From positions 307,574-371,573 of the forward strand of contig CAWCLO010000003.1 of NCBI GenBank assembly GCA_963796455.1: 64,000 bases of DNA, written 5' to 3'. The notes beneath the pieces are model-generated. The model was not told where the DNA came from. It ran no database searches and saw only the letters and a program-made list of their open reading frames with translations. The DNA comes from Candidatus Sulfomarinibacteraceae bacterium. Its GTDB lineage: Bacteria; Acidobacteriota; Thermoanaerobaculia; Thermoanaerobaculales; Sulfomarinibacteraceae. The translations under genes and the position numbers were made by a program. Numbering within the stretch: position 1 is the stretch's first letter; every line of letters begins with the position of its first letter. Shown in pieces: positions 60,030-64,000 of this stretch.

Positions 60030-61403
60030 GTGAGGAGACAGGCCCTCGACCGTGCGCGCCGGTTTCTGGCCAAGCGTGCCGGTTTTCTGTCAACTCGGCT
60101 TGTCTCTGGAGATCTGGACGGGATAAGCAGAGTGGTGGTGATTCCGGTGTTGGCCGAAGAGGAGAGACTCTTCAACACCCTGAAAAGTCTCGAACGCAAC
60201 CGCGCCGAAGAGCTGGCCGAGACGCTGGTGATCTGTGTTGTCAACAACCGTGCCGAGCCCCACGCCCGACCCGAGCAGGTGGCCGACAACCAACGCACCC
60301 TGGTCCACCTCGATCATCTGGTGCACGGCCGTTCGGCAGCCACCCAACCCCGGATCGACCCCGGCAGCCTGCGTCTGGCCTATGTGGACGCCTCGAGCCC
60401 GGGGTGCGAGATCGGGCCGAAGATGGGGGTCGGTGAGGGGCGTAGGATCGGTCTCGATCTCGGATTGTCGGTCCTGACGGAGAATGCTGGCCCGCCGGGT
60501 CTCCTGATCTGTCTCGATGCGGATACCCTCGTCGAGGCTGGCTACCTGCGCGAGGTGCGGAAACACTTTGAAACCCGAGGCTCGCGGGCCGCCGTCGTGG
60601 GCTACGCGCACACCCTGCCGACCGAGGTACCGCAACGCGCTGCGATCATTCGCTACGAGAGTTTCCTGCGTTACCAGGAGCTCGGTCTGCGCTCGGCGGG
60701 CTCGCCATATGCCTTTCCCACCATCGGGTCCACCATGGTGACCAGTTGTGATGCGTATGTTGCGGCCGGCGGGATGAATCGGCGTCAGGCCGGCGAGGAC
60801 TTCTACTTCCTCCAGGAGCTGGCCAAGACCGGCGGAGTCAGCCGGATCGACTCCACCACAGTCCATCCTTCCGCGCGGTCCTCGGACCGCGTGCCGTTTG
60901 GGACCGGCGCTTCGGTCGGTCGACACCTCTCGGGCGCGGATGACGGGTCGACTGTCTACCATCCGGAGAGTTACAAGATCCTCGGCGACTGGTTGTCCCT
61001 GGTCGTCAACGACCTCGACCGCGGCGCCTCGGCGCTTCTCACCGGCGCCGGCGAAATCTCCCCCCAGTTGAGGGAGTTCCTCGAGCTCCATCGTTTTGAA
61101 GAAATCTGGCCGCGCCTGCAGCAGAACGCGCCACATCATGCGGGACTCGAATCCCAGTTTCACCGATGGTTCGACGGTTTCAAGACCTTGAAGTTGATCC
61201 ACTTCCTGCGAGACCATCAGCTCCCCAGGCTACCGATCTTCGACGCAATAGCCCGCTTGGAACCGAACAGCCCATGCGTTGCAAGGAGCGATCTCATCGA
61301 TGACCTCGGAGCTCAGGAAAACCTGCTCGAGTACCTCCGACGCCGGTGCGCAGAGACGAATTTTGAGCGCCGAAATCGAGGTTCTACTCTTCAGCCGAAA
61401 TGA
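60030..61403 (+). CDS. Glycosyltransferase family 2-like protein
   Basis: VVIPVLAEE, CLDAD, TIGS, GGMNRRQAGEDFYFLQ, RVPFGTG. Confidence 0.8.
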   Translation: MRRQALDRARRFLAKRAGFLSTRLVSGDLDGISRVVVIPVLAEEERLFNTLKSLERNRAEELAETLVICVVNNRAEPHARPEQVADNQRTLVHLDHLVHGRSAATQPRIDPGSLRLAYVDASSPGCEIGPKMGVGEGRRIGLDLGLSVLTENAGPPGLLICLDADTLVEAGYLREVRKHFETRGSRAAVVGYAHTLPTEVPQRAAIIRYESFLRYQELGLRSAGSPYAFPTIGSTMVTSCDAYVAAGGMNRRQAGEDFYFLQELAKTGGVSRIDSTTVHPSARSSDRVPFGTGASVGRHLSGADDGSTVYHPESYKILGDWLSLVVNDLDRGASALLTGAGEISPQLREFLELHRFEEIWPRLQQNAPHHAGLESQFHRWFDGFKTLKLIHFLRDHQLPRLPIFDAIARLEPNSPCVARSDLIDDLGAQENLLEYLRRRCAETNFERRNRGSTLQPK

Positions 61404-61653
61404 TCTCGGCTGTGCTTGCGACGAAACCCTATGACAAGTGCGGGCTCACGCCTCTCGTTCATTCAATCTAAAAAACGTCTTTTCTATGAACAATAGGCAA
61501 TATCGGGAATCTCCTCGAACGAAGAAGACGCGGTGAAGGTCGCCCGGCCGAATACCCCGCGCCTTGCCGTCGTTTGGCTAGGCTGGGCATAGTTCAGGAC
61601 CGGGTACTGGCGTGAAAGCGTTGGTCCGGCTTCGCTCGGTGCTACGCCGGGGC

Positions 61654-61690
61654 AAATAATGCCCTCAGCCGGCAGCTGAGGGCATTATTT
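61654..61690. terminator. Perfect 16-bp hairpin at the 3' side of the tRNA remnant
   Basis: AAATAATGCCCTCAGC-CGGCA-GCTGAGGGCATTATTT. Confidence 0.7.
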
Positions 61691-61760
61691 GGTGAGCCGT
61701 GCTGGATTCGAATCCACCGTCGCCAGCGACCACCAGATGAATGGTCCGCGCCCTGCTACA
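61690..61760 (-). pseudogene. Degenerate tRNA 3' half (Lys-like); possible att remnant
   Basis: Minus strand ...TTCGAATCCAGCACGGCTCACCA; T-arm interrupted by a 10-nt insertion; 5' half not recognisable. Confidence 0.6.
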
Positions 61761-62233
61761 TTGAAGTCGTTAATATTCAGAAGGATACGACGCGCTCGTT
61801 ATATACCCTAGCCCGATCCTAGCCCGGCTGAGCCCGATCTGAAGACCCGCATTTTCACGATGCACCAACCCGGAAAGTGATACCTGAATCGAACCCAGAT
61901 ACGGTGAATCTCGAGGTTGCGAAACCTGGCACCTGTTTGGCCGTGGCTCGAGGTTTCCTCTCAACTCGCCTTGAGCACGGGCTTTGGGAGATTCGAAATC
62001 CGGTTCCGAGCAAGGAGAAGACCGAACACCACTGCGCCATCCTGGTTTCAATTCAGACGCCGGCAGTCAAGCGTCGAACAACCTCGATGAAACTGACTCG
62101 GATCTTCCGATCGGCTCAAGAAAACTTCAACGCCGCAATGAACCAGCGACTGACACAGCTATGCTAATATCCGGGAAATTCGCCTCTCTCCTATGTGCAT
62201 CGTGATGCGGAATTCTCAACCAGGGAGCACCTC

Positions 62234-63182
62234 ATGAAGCGTTTCAAAAAACTGCTGGCCGTTATCAACGGTGGCCCGGGCGACGAGCAGGTCATGCAGC
62301 GCGCGATCAGTTTGGCGAAGGCCAACAAGGCCCAACTGATGTTCTGTGCCACCCATGAAACGCGACCCCCAGTCCAGGGGATGCTGATGGGGAGTGGAGC
62401 TTACAACGAACTGGATCGCCTCATGCGGAAGGAGAACCAATCGAACCTGGACGAGGCCGCCGCGAAAACTCGGGCGCTCGGGCAACCTGTGCGATCCCGA
62501 ATGCTTGAAGGGAAGGCGTTTCTCTCTATCATTCGTGAGGTCCTTCGAGACGATCGCGACCTGGTGCTCTTTCCCGACGACAAGACTCGTCCTTTCGAAG
62601 CCGCCTCTTTGGAAGTACGGCAACCCACCTGCTGCGCAAATGCCCTTGCCCGGTCTGGATCTTGAAGCCGATGCCGGCCAAGTCCAGACAGATACGGTTC
62701 AAACGGGTGTTGGCCGCGGTCAACGCCGCAACCAGCAAACCGGTGGAAGAGGCCTTGAACACCAAGATCCTCGAACTGGCGACCTCGCCGGGGAAACTGG
62801 AGGGCGCCGAGATCCATGTCGTACATTGCTGGTCGGTGGTCGGTGAATCGCTCCTGGCAGGACCACGTGGGCCACTCACCAACGAGGAGATGAAGGCCTA
62901 CCGAAAGAGACTCGACAAAGGAACCACGCCGTCGCAAATGAATTGCTCGCTCGCTTCCTGGACGAAGGGCACGAGATCCAGAAGCACATCCTCAAGGGCG
63001 AACCTGATATGTTGATTCCCGAGATGAGCGAGAAGCTGGCTGCGGATGTGGTTGTCATGGGCACGGTTGCCAGAACCGGCCTCGATGGTGTGCTGATCGG
63101 GAACACCGCAGAGAACGTCCTACAACAGATCGGACGATCGGTTCTCGCCGTCAAGCCCCCACGGCTTCGTGAGTCGGGTTAG
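62234..63182 (+). pseudogene. Tandem-domain universal stress protein (UspE-like) with two frameshifts
   Basis: MKRFKKLLAV.. / LFGSTATHLLRKCPCPVWILKP / VVMGTVARTGLDGVLIGNTAENVL lie in three frames; shifts near 62590 and 62920. Confidence 0.8.
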
Positions 63183-63299
63183 GCCGGACAATCCCGGTCC
63201 TATAAACACCATCAGGCGAGACTGTCGCTGTAGAAGATCTGACGGTCGGACGAACCATCAGCCGATCAGGAGAGCCAGCAGGGAACCGGTGACGACCAG

Positions 63300-64000
63300 A
63301 AGTGCTGCTCCGGCGACCGGCCACGATGCCAGCTTTTCTTCGCCCTGCGCCAGCATCTGACCGAACCACCCAACATCCGAGCGGCGCCACGGGAATCGGT
63401 CTCGGACTGGTCATCACAGTACTCGTGGCCGTCTTCTGCCGGAGGTGGCACCCGGGCACTCGCGAGCAGCGGGGCGACAGAGGCGGCCGAGGATGACGCC
63501 GACATCGCCCGGGGCGATCCAGTTGGATCGGATTGGTGTTCAACCGTCGCCGGAATTGGTGGGGAGCTGGGCGGAGAGCAGGCCGCCAGCAAACAACGGC
63601 CAGGTCGCCAACCAGAGCTTGCCGGGGGAGAGGGTGACACCGAGCCAATCAAATGCGCCGGGCAGCAGCCAGGCGGCCGCCACCACGGCCGCCACGAGGG
63701 AAAGCCACGGCGCCCATTCGCCGTCGGCGGAGTGCTCCGGTTGCTCGGTGGCCGGCCGCCACAGCAGCCACAGGAGGCGGATCATCATCCCCGATGTTCC
63801 CACCGCGGGAAGCGGCAGGATGATCCCCAAGCGCTCGGGCCCAACTGTCAGGCAAGAAGACGAGGTTGCTCTTGAGCGCGACCCTTCGCCAACGCCCCGC
63901 TGGTCAGCGTGTTCGGCCAGGGCCAGGGCGGGAATCAGCATTCCGATCCGAGCGGTCAACACCTCCCACCGGCCTCTCGCGGCCGCCGATGCCCGATGCC
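63300..64000 (-). pseudogene. Frameshifted C-terminal part of a proton-conducting membrane transporter subunit (Mrp/complex I subunit 5-like)
   Basis: IPALALA and TSGALAK in different frames; AVGTSGMMIRLLWL; IAPGDV in another frame; runs off window. Confidence 0.5.

Overview
GC-rich bacterial chromosomal window. The gene content (secreted 'PAATLLFPF' protein, SpoIVB/S55 peptidase pair, IFADGFE-tailed propeller) suggests Acidobacteriota, possibly Thermoanaerobaculia; this is inference. It holds a cell-surface cluster (PKD/BACON protein, S-layer-like protein, FG-GAP protein, Wzm-like permease, XRE+TPR pair, GT4), coaD, an acyl-CoA dehydrogenase, a two-component system, tRNA-Glu(TTC), an RND efflux operon, ggt, ppc, a cyclic beta-1,2-glucan synthase-like gene and miaA. 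A decayed right end carries a tRNA remnant and frameshifted genes. The most striking signal is a dispersed, transposase-less element family. Three ~89-90% identical four-helix-bundle (23S rRNA IVP/Avd-like) genes each sit behind the same ~140-nt nested hairpin that buries the RBS and start codon, with CAGCGN low-complexity arms and, in one copy, terminal inverted repeats. Two gene-less derivatives have the gene and inner hairpin replaced at the same breakpoint by a REP doublet. Several other short-repeat families pile up in the same intergenic gaps.
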